In this document: piece by piece, positions 12,095 through 23,729 of the stretch
How positions within the stretch are numbered: the stretch's first letter is position 1
Layout: every line of letters starts with the position of its first letter
Origin: Macrostomum hystrix
Lineage: Eukaryota; Animalia; Platyhelminthes
DNA length: 64,000 nt
Assembly (NCBI GenBank): GCA_950097015.1
Contig: CATNEN010000007.1
Location: 3,844,001 to 3,908,000 of the forward strand
Direction of reading: 5' to 3'
The notes under the pieces: model-generated
Database searches by the model: none
What the model was told of the DNA's origin: nothing
Seen by the model: the letters and a program-made list of their open reading frames with translations, nothing else
Translations under genes and position numbers: made by a program

Positions 12095-12392
12095 ATTCCA
12101 CACCCATCAAATCCTCACAAAATCATTCCACACCCATCAAATCCTCACACAATCATTCCACACCCATCAAATCATCACACACTCATTCCACACCCATCAA
12201 ATCCTCACACAATCATTCCACACCCATCAAATCATCACACACTCATTCCACACCCATCAAATCCTCACACAATCATTCCACACCCATCAAATCCTCACAC
12301 AATCATTCCACACCCAACAAATCCTCACACACTCATTCCACACCCATCAAATCCTCACACACTCATTCCACACCCATCAAATCCTCACACAA
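12095..12392. repeat. 30-bp minisatellite (ATTCCACACCCATCAAATCCTCACACAATC), ~10 copies
   Basis: Direct periodicity. Confidence 0.95.
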
Positions 12393-12658
12393 TACGGAAC
12401 TAACAATTTAGAAGTAAAGCAAGCAAACATGTGGAAGTGGAAAGATGATCATTGTTAGTTTAGCGATAACGAGTAGTTTCTACCCGAAGTGTTGCAAATC
12501 GAAGGTCCAATATCCTAGTTTGCAGTACAGTGACTGAGCAGTGGTGTATAATGATGAATATTAACATTAACAGCAAATAGTGCACTGAGTCAGCAATTTC
12601 CACAGCATTTTACAAGGCAGAAGTCTGTGTTGGTCGTCTGTCTGTGTGGCCGGTTCCG

Positions 12659-15600
12659 TCAGCGCCGGTGGCACTCGGGCAGCAGAGAGTCGCAGTGCTC
12701 GGCAGTCAGCAGCACGCAAGCCCAGAAGGCGGCTGCCATCAGGAGCCAGCAGACTGGGAGGATGGACTTCGTCAGCAGCTGGCAGGCTGAGCCGGCAGCG
12801 GTGGTGTCAGGTCTGCTAGACTGGGCCGCGTGGTGGCTGATCTCGTCCGGGGGGAACAGGTCCAGGTGGTCGCTGCACTCCGAGATGGTCGCGCACTTCG
12901 AGTTGCGAATGCCGGACGACGAGTTCTGCGGATCCCGCTGCATCAGGAAGGTCTGGGATTTTGGGGAGTTTAGGATGGAATCAGCATGCTCTGTTGCTTG
13001 CTTGCTGTGTTGGGACATTCAAGTGTTCGAAAACATTTACCGTAAACAGTACCCAGTGCCAACACGGCTAAAGACAACAGCCAACACAACAGCCAACACA
13101 ACAGCCAACACAACAGCCAACACAACAGCCAACACAACAACCAACACAACAGCCAACACAACAGCCAACACAACAACCAGCACAACAGCCAGCACAACAA
13201 CCAGCACAACAGCCAGCACAGAAGCCAACATAACAACCAACAGAACAGCCAACACAGCAGCCAACACAACAGCCAACACAACAGCCAACACAACAACCAA
13301 CACAACAGCCAGCACAGAAGCCAACAGAACAACCATGAGCTATCCTCAGCCGCTGGGCCACTCACCCCACTGTAGCTGCCGCTGCTGCACTTGCCAGACT
13401 GCCTACCGGACATCTGTTCATCCTTCTGCTGCTGCTGCTGCTGCTGCTTCCGTTTCCGCCGCTTGCTAACGCCGCCGAAGCCGCCGGAGCCTGTTGCCGC
13501 TTCGCTTGACGTTGCCATAGCAACGGTCAGGCAGCAGCAGATGACCAATGCGCACTTGGCCAGCCAGATGTCCAGGGCGTTGATTCGGCTGCCAGCCACT
13601 GGCCGCCAGTTCAGCACCAGAATGTGCAGCAGGGCTAGGTTTATCAGCAGGCGAGTTGTGCGATCGAAGAAGTACAGAGTGGCTAGCGAGTGCAGCACAA
13701 TGATGAGCGACAGGCAATACTGCCGGAGGGCGGCGCTCATGTCATCAAGGCTGGACTTGACGCACAGCCGGGTCCAGAACTGGTACTTGCGGCCTGTGGA
13801 GACCAGTGTTTAGTGGATTTCAATTAGATTGAATCGGATGGGATTTGGATTTGGATTGGATTGAACTAGATTGGATTGGACTGGATTGGATTGGACTGGA
13901 TTAGATTGGATTGGACTGGATTGGATTGGATTGGACTGGATTGGATTGGATTGGATTTGACTGGATTGGATTGGACTGGATTGGATGGAACTGGATTGGG
14001 TTGGATTGGATTTGACTGGATTGGATTGGACTGGATTGGATGGAACTGGATTGGGTTGGATTGGATTGGAATGGACGGGCTCGGAATGATTTAGTGAGGA
14101 TTTTATTGGCGTGGAACATAATGACACAGTCCTGACTGGTAAGTTACTGGTAAGTCCCGACTGGCACATTTGTCTTTTCAAACATCAGTTGCACTTCTTT
14201 CACAGCTAGAAATCTCCTAGCTCCTCGTGATCAGTGGGAAAATTCCAATTTTCGGCCGTCTATTTTAGTCCAGCATGGTTCAGCAGAGCCCGACTGCATG
14301 GGAAAATGTGACTTCTTCATTTTTGTTCCCTCCAGTGTCTCCAACCCAAGCGACGTCCATCTAGTAATGAAATTGCATGCGACAGGGACTGCACTATACT
14401 TCTGCTTCACTGAAGATCTTTAACAGCCTCTTTATTTTCCCTTCTATTAGAGTCTGGCTTGACGAGAAAACCGTCAAGTCACGTTTACAAAAAAATTTTG
14501 TACCCTTTGGTTTCAAGCAAAAAATGTATAGGGGCCTTACTATAAAGGTTGCGTATTCTCTGTTGTTAAAACTTTCGTGCTCAAATTTACACTGCCGAAA
14601 TACTCGTAGAAGCAAAGTACAAACTTGTCTTACGAAAGCTTTATACTCGTAGTACGACACCAATGACTTTAAAAGTTGCTCCAGCAAATTTAAATTACAC
14701 CCGATTACACACGATCATGAAATTAAACACCTTCTAACAGTTAACGCCGAGGGGGTGGGTGCTGCGGAGGGGGTGGGTGCTGCTGAGGGCGTGGGTGCTG
14801 CTGAGGGCGTGGGTGCTGCTGAGAGCGTGGGTGCTGCGGAGGGGGTGGGTGCTGCGGAGGGGGTGGGTGCTGCAGAGGGGGTGGGTGCTGCGGAGGGGGT
14901 GGGTGCTGCTGAGGGCGTGGGTGCTGCTGAGGGCGTGGGTGCTGCTGAGGGCGTGGGTGCTGCTGAGAGCGTGGGTGCTGCGGAGGGGGTGGGTGCTGCG
15001 GAGGGGGTGGGTGCTGCAGAGGGGGTGGGTGCTGCGGAGGGGGTGGGTGCTGCTGAGAGCGTGGGTGCTGCGGAGGGGGTGGGTGCTGCGGAGGGGGTGG
15101 GTGCTGCGGAGGAGCTGGGGGCTGCGGAGGAGGTGGGACTATGAAGTGGTGTGCTTAGCTGTAAGTAGGCGCTGTTATCCTGAAAGAGTAAATTTAGTTT
15201 GCCGTTTCTGGGCAGCAAACGCATTCATTTCTAAATCCCAGAATTCACTTACCATCGCTGCTGAAGGGCTTCGACAGCCGGTAGACAATGGCGTGCCTGC
15301 CGGCCGCCTCCTTGGTGCTGCAGTTGTGCTGATGATGCTGGCTGAGCGACATGTGCACAGACCGTTGACCGCGAGGGTTTGCTGAAAGTTTACGTGACTC
15401 TGTGTATCTGTGCACAGCTCAGTTGGTGAAGAACGGCAATCGATTTTCTATCCATACAGTGTACATTCAGTGGTGAAGAACGGCAATCGATTTTCTATCC
15501 ATACAGTGTACATTCAGTGGTGAAGAACGGCAATTGATTTTCTATCCATACAGTGTACATTCAGTGGTGAAGAAAGGCAATCGATTTTCTATCCGTACAG

Positions 15601-18600
15601 TGTACATTCAGTGGTGAAGAAAGGCAATCGATTTTCTATCCATACAGTGTACATTCAGTGGTGAAGAAAGGCAATCGATTTTCTATCCGTACAGTGTACA
15701 TTCAGTGGTGAAGAACGGCAATTGATTTTCTATCCGTACAGTGTACATTCGGTGGTGAAGAGAGGCAATCGATTTCCTCTGAGGGGTTGTTACAGAGCCA
15801 TTCGCTACTAAGAATTTTCAAAAAACACTTTTCCGTTCAATGCAGGTTAGGGGTGGGGGTCAGAGTTTTCTACCCCAGGTAGAGTACATTTGAACTGTCA
15901 TGTCGCGCAATACGAACCCTCCTCGAAGACCAAGCTACAGACTGTGTCAGCCAGCGGATACTGCAGCGCAGGACCGTCGCACCTGACTGTGGCCCGGTGC
16001 CTGCAACAATTTTCCATAGTTAAAATGTTTCAAATGTTGTACAGCGAGTTATATAAAAAAAATTCCCAATAGTTTCGCAAGAATCCTCACCAGACTCGGT
16101 AGATGATGGCCCTGGTTGTGCTTCCTCGGGCCAGCTTCATGTACAAGGAGTTTTGCTCCTCCTTCAGCGAACGCGCGTTCAGGAAGACAAACTTAGGCGT
16201 CCACAGCCGGTCTCGGTTAAGCGGAATTGCTTCCAGGGAGTCGGACATCATTTCCAGGAATCGGTGGCCCCAGCGCAGGTCCAGGGTGAAGGACAGGTCG
16301 ACCTCCTGAAGATGAGAATGTGCTTTAATTGAAATGCCAAAACCTGAGTTAGATGGAATCCACAAAAGTCAAGCCTGCCGCTCACATTGTTAGACAGCCG
16401 GGCGACATCTCCGATCTCGATGGACACGTTAAGAGCCCCGGAGGTGTCCGCGGGGCTCACCTCCGGCACGTCCATGTTCATGTACAGCGCCTTGATGTTT
16501 TCCTTCAGGGTCTCCGTAGACATTTCCCTGCGCGGGCATTGTGCAAAGTTTACTTAGGATTAGGCAGCCGGCGATACGGGAAATTTGGATCTGGCAAAGC
16601 AAACTTTGGTGAATTTGAACTTTTGCAGTTCTTGTTGCAGCTCCCTCTGCGGGCGATTGTTAATTAGTGGCTAGTCTTGGCGCAATTCGGAGACTTTCTG
16701 TTCCGGCCCGGTGGTTTTTTATCGCAGTGTAAGAGTTTTTATTTCACCTGGTCAGAGTGATTCTCCCACCCTCGCCGTTAGAAACAACCAGGGCTAATGT
16801 CGGTGCGCCGACTGAAGAATGCACAAGAAAACTAGCTAGAAACTTTGCCGGCCAAGCGAAATGGCAGTTTAGTTTAGAACGTGGAATTTTCAGCTGTGAT
16901 TTGTTAAGTTGAATCTAATCAATAGGGAATGCTGAAATTGAGACAGAAGTAGCGAGGACAATGTGAGAAGTACGTAGTAGAGAGATAAGGGCTGGGATTA
17001 CTAAATGCATTGATATTTAGTATTTATCATTTAGTAGTGCATGAAGGAGACTTGGAAAAGTAGTAAGAGGATAGTTAAAGAAGTGGAAATGAGAAAGAGA
17101 GAAGTATAGAGGAAAGGAGAGAAGTAGAGAGGAAATTAGAGAAGTAGAGATGAGAGTGAGAGAAGTAGAGAGACGAGAGTGAGAGAAGTAGAGAGACGAG
17201 AGTGAGAGAAGTAGAGAGACGAGAGTGAGAGAAGTAGAGAGACGAGAGTGAGAGAAGTAGAGAGACGAGAGTGAGAGAAGTAGAGAGACGAGAGTGAGAG
17301 AAGTAGAGAGACGAGAGTCAGAGAAGTAGAGAGACGAGAGTGAGAGAAGTAGAGAGACGAGAGTGAGAGAAGTAGAGAGACGAGGGTGAGAGAAGTAGAG
17401 AGACGAGAGTGAGAGAAGTAGAGAGACGAGAGTGAGAGAAGTAGAGAGACGAGAGTGAGAGAAGTAGAGAGACGAGAGTGAGAGAAGTAGAGAGACGAGG
17501 GTGAGAGAAGTAGAGAGACGAGAGTGAGAGAAGTAGAGAGACGAGAGTGAGAGAAGTAGAGAGACGAGAGTGAGAGAAGTAGAGAGACGAGAGTGAGAGA
17601 AGTAGAGAGACGAGGGTGAGAGAAGTAGAGAGACGAGAGTGAGAGAAGTAGAGAGACGAGAGTGAGAGAAGTAGAGAGACGAGAGTGAGAGAAGTAGAGA
17701 GACGAGAGTGAGAGAAGTAGAGAGACGAGAGTGAGAGAAGTAGAGAGACGAGGGTGAGAGAAGTAGAGAGACGAGAGTGAGAGAAGTAGAGAGACGAGAG
17801 TCAGAGAAGTAGAGAGACGAGAGTGAGAGAAGTAGAGAGACGAGAGTGAGAGAAGTAGAGAGACGAGAGTGAGAGAAGTAGAGAGACGAGAGTGAGAGAA
17901 GTAGAGAGACGAGAGTGAGAGAAGTAGAGAGACGAGAGTCAGAGAAGTAGAGAGACGAGAGTGAGAGAAGTAGAGAGACGAGAGTGAGAGAAGTAGAGAG
18001 ACGAGAGTGAGAGAAGTAGAGAGACGAGAGTGAGAGAAGTAGAGAGACGAGGGTGAGAGAAGTAGAGAGACGAGAGTGAGAGAAGTAGAGAGACGAGGGT
18101 GAGAGAAGTAGAGAGACGAGAGTGAGAGAAGTAGAGAGACGAGAGTGAGAGAAGTAGAGAGACGAGAGTGAGAGAAGTAGAGAGACGAGAGTGAGAGAAG
18201 TGAGAGGAAAGAAGGATGAAGAAGGGAGATAAGGAAGGAGATTAGTCGGAGTGCTTTGAGATGAACAGAAGCAGAGCGGTAAGTTAAAGCAGCAGGTGAG
18301 GACCGCATGAAGGTCAGCATCAGGTAGGCTCGGTAGTCGCAGGTCAAGACGCCCCTTCAAAAAGTAGGCAGAGAGGGGAAGGGGGGCAGTCCGCGATCCC
18401 GGTCACCAGAATCGGCCCCCTTCCGCGCCAACTTTCATGAGTCAGCATCCCCGAGGCGCCCCCCCCGACAGCGTAAATAATGTTTAAGGGGATCGTCCGG
18501 CTTGTCAACGGATTCCGTCAAGGCAGGGTTCTGCGTTGCCTCCCTGCTTGCAAGCTTGCAGCGCCACGGCTTCATCGCTCTTCTGGACTGTTCCAAATTG

Positions 18601-19137
18601 CCGCGCGCGTCAGCATGGCTTGTTTGGGAAGTGTGACAGCTCCGCAGCTCCCACTGTCTAATAGATAATTCCCTTATGCAATGTTATCTATCCGTCTGTC
18701 TATTTGCTTACCTACCTATCGTGTGTGCTAGTACCTTTCTATACCTGTATTATGTCTGTCTAATTCTTTTATCTATTTACGAGCCGTCTACCAATACATA
18801 AATCTATCTACCTACTACCTATCCAACGACATATCTATCTACTCTTCACATGTCTATCTACGCATCCATCTACTAACTCTCTATTTACATGTATATCTAC
18901 CTACCAACCTTCGTGTCTATCTACGTACTTATCTCAACATTCACCTTTCTATCAACCTATCTATATGTCTATCAAGCTACCTAAAATGCTTAAATTGAAT
19001 CCTTAATTTGCTGCTAATCTCGATACATACTCATCATTTCCATCATCCGACACTCACCTGGAAGACTGGGCCGGCGTTAGAGCGATCAGAAGCATCATCA
19101 GCAGCAACAGCAGCAGCCAACAGCCGGTGGCCGGCAT
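12659..19137 (-). CDS. Divergent Cys-loop (pentameric) ligand-gated ion channel subunit, 479 aa; exons 19058..19137, 16578..16646, 16386..16527, 16091..16305, 15918..16000, 15253..15381, 13366..13793, 12659..12952
   Basis: Signal peptide MPATGCWLLLLLLMMLLIALTPAQSS; beta-strand FTLDLRW; loop-A-like LWTPKFVFLN; C-x13-C loop CDGPALQYPLADTVC; M1 LRQYCLSLIIVLHSL; M3 SRINALDIWLAKC (cf. GABA-A/GlyR SYVKAIDIW); M4 SILPVCWLLMAAAFW. All junctions are GT-AG with matching phases and sum to 1440 nt. The exon 2 donor is the least certain. Confidence 0.85.
13075..13335. repeat. 12-bp minisatellite (CCAACACAACAG), in an intron of the ion-channel gene
   Basis: Direct periodicity. Confidence 0.95.
13828..14075. 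repeat. (GGATT/GGACT)n pentanucleotide array, intronic
   Basis: Direct reading. Confidence 0.95.
14748..15135. repeat. 18-bp G-rich minisatellite (GGGGGTGGGTGCTGCGGA), ~21 copies, intronic
   Basis: Direct periodicity. Confidence 0.95.
15421..15777. repeat. 47-bp minisatellite (CAGTGGTGAAGAACGGCAATCGATTTTCTATCCATACAGTGTACATT), ~7.5 copies, intronic
   Basis: Period of 47 (15425, 15472); no spacers. Confidence 0.95.
17140..18200. repeat. 23-bp purine-rich minisatellite (GAGAGTGAGAGAAGTAGAGAGAC), ~45 copies, in intron 1 of the ion-channel gene
   Basis: Period of 23 (17161, 17184). Confidence 0.97.
18680..18990. repeat. Degenerate (TCTA)n-like low-complexity tract
   Basis: Recurrent TCTA/CCTA motifs. 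Confidence 0.55.
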
Positions 19138-19761
19138 GATCTCTTGACTACACTTGGCCTAGCTCGAGCTAACACACAAAATGCGAAAAGCTGCAATAGA
19201 ACTTTACAGTCCAGCACCAAGAAGTAAGTCTTCCTAGGAGCGATCCGATTGGCTGAGCCGGCGGCTCTCCAATCAGCCGGGTGCGGTGAGTCAGCGGGGG
19301 CCATTGATGGATGGACTCTCCCTGCTAACAACATGCACGCAGAAGTCCCCAACCCGAGACTGCAGACTCTGCAAATGATTTGCTCTGCAAGAACGGGGGC
19401 CTAATTAAAAGTTCTCACGCTCGGAGAAAGCTCTCACGTGTCATAAAAATTAATTTCCCATGAATTGGTAGTTGATGGAGACTCAGATAAACTCGTAACT
19501 CGATTACAATAGCTTAAGCTCCGCTTACTCACACTGGAATGATTTACTGCTCCTATTCTCCTATTAGACCAGTCAGTTCTGTAAACGCGACCTAAGTAGC
19601 TAAGCGGTTATAGCTACTTAAAAAATAAGCCAAAACTAATTCTCAATGAAGTTGTTTTTATCCTTCTTCGCACGAATCGCAAACTATTGAGCAGATATTG
19701 CTGTCGAGAGTTGAAGAAATTATCCAACGAATATGAAACCAGCGATTCAATTGGGGATAGC

Positions 19762-20078
19762 GGAGTCGGTGAGTGGATAGGGGAGTCGGTGAGTGGATAG
19801 GGGAGTCGGTGAGGGGATAGGGGAGTCGGTGAGTGGATAGAGGAGTCGGTGAGGGGATAGGGGAGTCGGTGAGTGGATAGGGGAGTCGGTGAGGGGATAG
19901 GGGAGTCGGTGAGTGGATAGGGGAGTCGGTGAGGGGATAGGGGAGTCGGTGAGTGGATAGGGGAGTCGGTGAGGGGATAGGGGAGTCGGTGAGTGGATAG
20001 GGGAGTCGGTGAGGGGATAGGGGAGTCGGTGAGGGGATAGGGGAGTCGGTGAGTGGATAGGGGAGTCAGTGAGTGGAT
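19762..20078. repeat. 20-bp G-rich minisatellite (GGGGAGTCGGTGAGTGGATA), ~16 copies
   Basis: Direct periodicity. Confidence 0.95.
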
Positions 20079-21040
20079 GTGGGATTCGGAGAGGTCGCTG
20101 TGGGATTCGGAGAGGTCGATGGGGGATTCGGAGAGGTTGGTGGAGGATTCGGAGAGGTCGATGTGGGATTCGGAGTGGTGTGTGTGTGTGTGTTAACCTT
20201 GGCTCGGCGGGCCAGGGCCAGTACCTGCTCCTGGGAAAAGCTCGGCGAAGAAGCCCCAGCCGGTCTTGGGCTGGGACCAGAGATCCTGCGGGACGAGCGA
20301 GTTGGGACGAGCCGGGCAGGAGAACAGATGCGTGACCGACTCTTCCTCACCGTGGCAACGCGGGCAGGTGGCAGGCGACTCCTGGTCGAGGCGGTGCTTA
20401 TAACTGGCCAGGTGAAGGCAGAAACCCGACCGGAGTTGGGCTAGCGTGGCCCGGGCGAAGCGCGGCAACTGCGTCTCTGAAGCGTCGATCACAGGCGGTG
20501 GCGCGCCGAGGACCCGATTAGGTTGCCGGTCCAGCAGGCGTTTCTGCACGCAAGCGGTGTGGAGGGCGATGGAAAGCTGGCGGGTGGTGAGCGGACCGGG
20601 GGAAGGACGGAGAAGCGGCTGATGCACGTTGATAAAGTTGATGGCGCAGGTGGTGAGCGACGAGCGAAGTTGCCGCCGCGGGGCCGGGACGAGCGACAGA
20701 TGATGACATTCGGAGTGGTCGATGTGGGATTCGGAGAGGTCGATGTTGGATTCGGAGAGGTCGATGGGGGATACGGAGAGGTCGATGTGGGATTCGGAGT
20801 GGTCGATGTGGGATTCGGAGTGGTCGATGGGGGATACGGAGAGGTCGATGAGGGATTCGGAGTGGTCGATGTGGGATTCGGAGAGGTCGATGTGGGATTC
20901 GGAGAGGTCGATGTGGGATTCGGAGAGGTCGATGTGGGATTCGGAGAAGTGGATGTGGGATTCGGAGAGGTCGATGTGGGATTCGGAGAGGTGGATGTGG
21001 GATTCGGAGAGGTGGATGGGGGATTCGGAGAGGTCGATGC
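20079..21040. repeat. 21-bp minisatellite (GGATTCGGAGAGGTCGATGTG) interrupted by a LINE fragment at 20180..20707
   Basis: The same unit occurs at 20079-20179 and 20708-21040. Confidence 0.92.
20180..20707 (-). mobile_element. 5'-truncated non-LTR retrotransposon fragment (ORF2 C-terminus with CCHC zinc knuckle, (CA)n tail)
   Basis: Translation LPRFARATLAQLRSGFCLHLASYKHRL...CPRCHGEEESVTHLFSCP...DLWSQP is typical of I/R1-group LINE C-termini. Stop at 20193-20195, CA tail at 20180-20192, and a 12-bp direct repeat ATTCGGAGTGGT at 20168-20179 and 20708-20719. Confidence 0.8.
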
Positions 21041-21809
21041 GAATGGAAATCACAAAGGTAAATAAAAAAGAAAGAAAGGCAATTATAAGAATTCGTTGAT
21101 CTATCGTTGAAAATAATATGCACTGTCGAACAAAGGCAGTTCAGCATACTTTGTTATCCTCTTACTAGCTAGTAAGTACGAGTAGTTGATTTTCATCGCA
21201 GTGACAATTCGCTGGAGTAGTTAGTGTTAAGCTGCGCCAAAAAATCAAATCAATTGTTTTTGCTTTTAGAAGCAAAATAAAAAATAAGAAACTATGTAAA
21301 ATAGAAAAAAGAGAATTAGTGATTTAAACAGAGATTGCCACCGATTGATCAAGTGATACGTTAAAGCAGATCAAAAGATAGAAAAGTTGCAGATTAATAC
21401 AAGTAAAACTAAAGTCAGGCATAGAACAGGTCGAGCCAACAAGAAAATGGTTGGTCGCAAGAAGCTTCTCATCTTCCAATTGTCAAGGCGTGGAATACAA
21501 GCGCATTTAGGATTGGAATTCAAACACTTATGCTTATCCATTGCGCACAGACTTACACTACTCACTGAGCTTTGGAAAATGACAGTAGGCAGGTTAGCAT
21601 TTTAATACCGTAATTTGAATGTCTGACTGAACCCGTTGCGGTGGAGACTGCTGGTCGGCACTTTTTGGCAAAAATCAGTGCACACAGCTTCGACTGGCCA
21701 AGTAAGCCACTTATCGGACACAGCAACTGGAATGCCGCCTGCACTGCTGCACGCAACTTACAGCTCAGTGCGCCAAGGGCAAGGGCATGCACTCAGACTT
21801 TAGGGACGA

Positions 21810-21812
21810 CTG

Positions 21813-21845
<33 letters not shown>

Positions 21846-22165
21846 GGCAGACAGACAGGCATACAGACAGACAGACACAGACAGAAATACAGACAGACAG
21901 ACAGACAGACAGACAGGCAGACAGACATACAGACAGACAGACACAGACAGAAATACAGACAGACAGACACAGACAGACAGGCAGACAGGCAGACAGACAG
22001 ACAGGCAGACAGGCAGACAGACAGACAGGCAGACAGACAGACAGACACAGACAGACATACATACAGATAGACAGACAGACAGGCAGACAGACAGACAGAC
22101 AGACAGACAGACAGGCAGACAGACAGACACAGACAGACAGGCAGACAGACAGACACACGTCACAC
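21810..22165. repeat. (ACAG)n-type microsatellite with variants
   Basis: Direct reading. Confidence 0.95.
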
Positions 22166-22704
22166 ACAGACAGGCATGCACAAGCAGCGCAAGTCGCACA
22201 GAATCACAGTAGCTGGAAACAGCATGGAAAACAGAGCCGGGGGGTAAATAAAAATCCATAGACAAACAGTGAGTCACAGCTCGTTAGTAAACAGCAGAGC
22301 CGGGGCGCAGAGTAAAGTAGGCAGGCTTGAAAAAGAGCCGCAGTGATTGGTCAGTGGCTCGGGGCCAAACAAATCTGGATAGCATACCGAACCGGAATTG
22401 AACGCGGCAGAAAAGAGACTTGGAACCAGATCTAGTGCGTGAATGACAAAGATCCGCTTGATTGATGAAAGTCAAGGGCATGCACAATGCAAAGGGGAAA
22501 AATGTTACAACAAAAGGGAAGTAAAAGTTTTAACAAAGTTGATAAGCAATTTAACTTAATAACAGAACACACGAATGCAATATTGAAAAATAATTATTGA
22601 AACATCTCAAATCGGACATTCTCACACGATTGCATGACAATGCCAAAATTGCTTCAATTGACAAACGACCTTCAATTTGACACTAAGGTGACAAAGTGCG
22701 CATG

Positions 22705-23208
22705 CCTAGGATAACAGGGGTAATGGCCGCCTAAGATAACAGAAGGAGGGGGTATGGCCGCCTAAGATAACAGAAGGAGGAGGTAATGGCTGCCTAAGAT
22801 AACAGAAGGAGGGGGTAATGGCCGCCTAAGATAACAGAAGGAGGGGGTATGGCCGCCTAAGATAACAGAAGGAGGAGGTAATGGCTGCCTAAGATAACAG
22901 AAGGAGGGAGTGATGATCGCATAAGATAACAGAAGGGGGGAGTAATGATCGCATAAGATAACAGAAGGAGGGGGTAATGGCTGCCTAAGATAACAGAAGG
23001 AGGGGGTAATGGCTGCCTAAGATAACAGAAGGAGGGGGTAATGGCTGCCTAAGATAACAGAAGGAGGGGGTAATGGCCGCCTAAGATAACAGAAGGAGTG
23101 GGTAATGGCCGCCTAAGATAAGAGAAGGAGGGGGTAATGGCCGCCTAAGATAACAGAAGGAGGGGGTAATGGCCGCCTAAGATAACAGAAGGAGGGGGTA
23201 ATGGCCGC
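22705..23208. repeat. 32-bp minisatellite (CTAAGATAACAGAAGGAGGGGGTAATGGCCGC), ~15 copies
   Basis: Period of 32 (22984, 23016). Confidence 0.95.
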
Positions 23209-23729
23209 ATTAGATGGATAGGGTATACAGAAGTATTGGAGAAAGAAGGATGATGAATAAATGGCGCGCATGTGTCGTAGGAAATGATTGTCCATGGACT
23301 TCACAGAGCACAGCGCAGACATTAATTGGAGGGGTGCAATGTAAAATACGCATTACAATTGAAAAGGCTAGAAATCTAAGGTGAGAACAAGAATCTATTG
23401 AAAAATAAAGCAGGCGTTTTTCCAAATCTAAATGGCAAAACTGCTGGATTTGAAGACTGTGTAAGAACACAAACTATAGCGCATTATATTCCAATTATTC
23501 AAATCGTCCAATTATCTCTCTTTGGCTGAAAATGGGAGTTAATATAAAATACCACAACGAAAAATCGATCCAATGTAATTAGGCGTCACACTGACAGAGA
23601 AAATAGATTCTGATTTGGTATGGCAGAAGACACACAGTAGTTTAGTTAGCATAAGGTGCACAATAATCGGCTATGCTCAATTAGATTGAAAGGCACGGAT
23701 ATGAAATTAATAGAAGTCCAGGGCGTCCC

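Noticed and set aside
15421-15777. 47-bp repeat as a possible CRISPR array
   Set aside because: Units are head-to-tail with no unique spacers, in a eukaryotic intron, and no cas genes are present. The same applies to all other arrays.
16528-16553. 26-nt intron using the GTAAAC donor in the ion-channel gene
   Set aside because: Implausibly short. The upstream GTATCG donor gives a 50-nt intron in the same phase and was preferred, though unproven.
17017-18360. 447-aa and 403-aa minus-strand ORFs
   Set aside because: Products of the 23-bp array, which lies in intron 1 of the ion-channel gene.
22707-22724. Near match to the I-SceI site (TAGGATAACAGGGGTAAT versus TAGGGATAACAGGGTAAT)
   Set aside because: It is an imperfect match and is the first degenerate unit of the 32-bp minisatellite; treated as coincidence.
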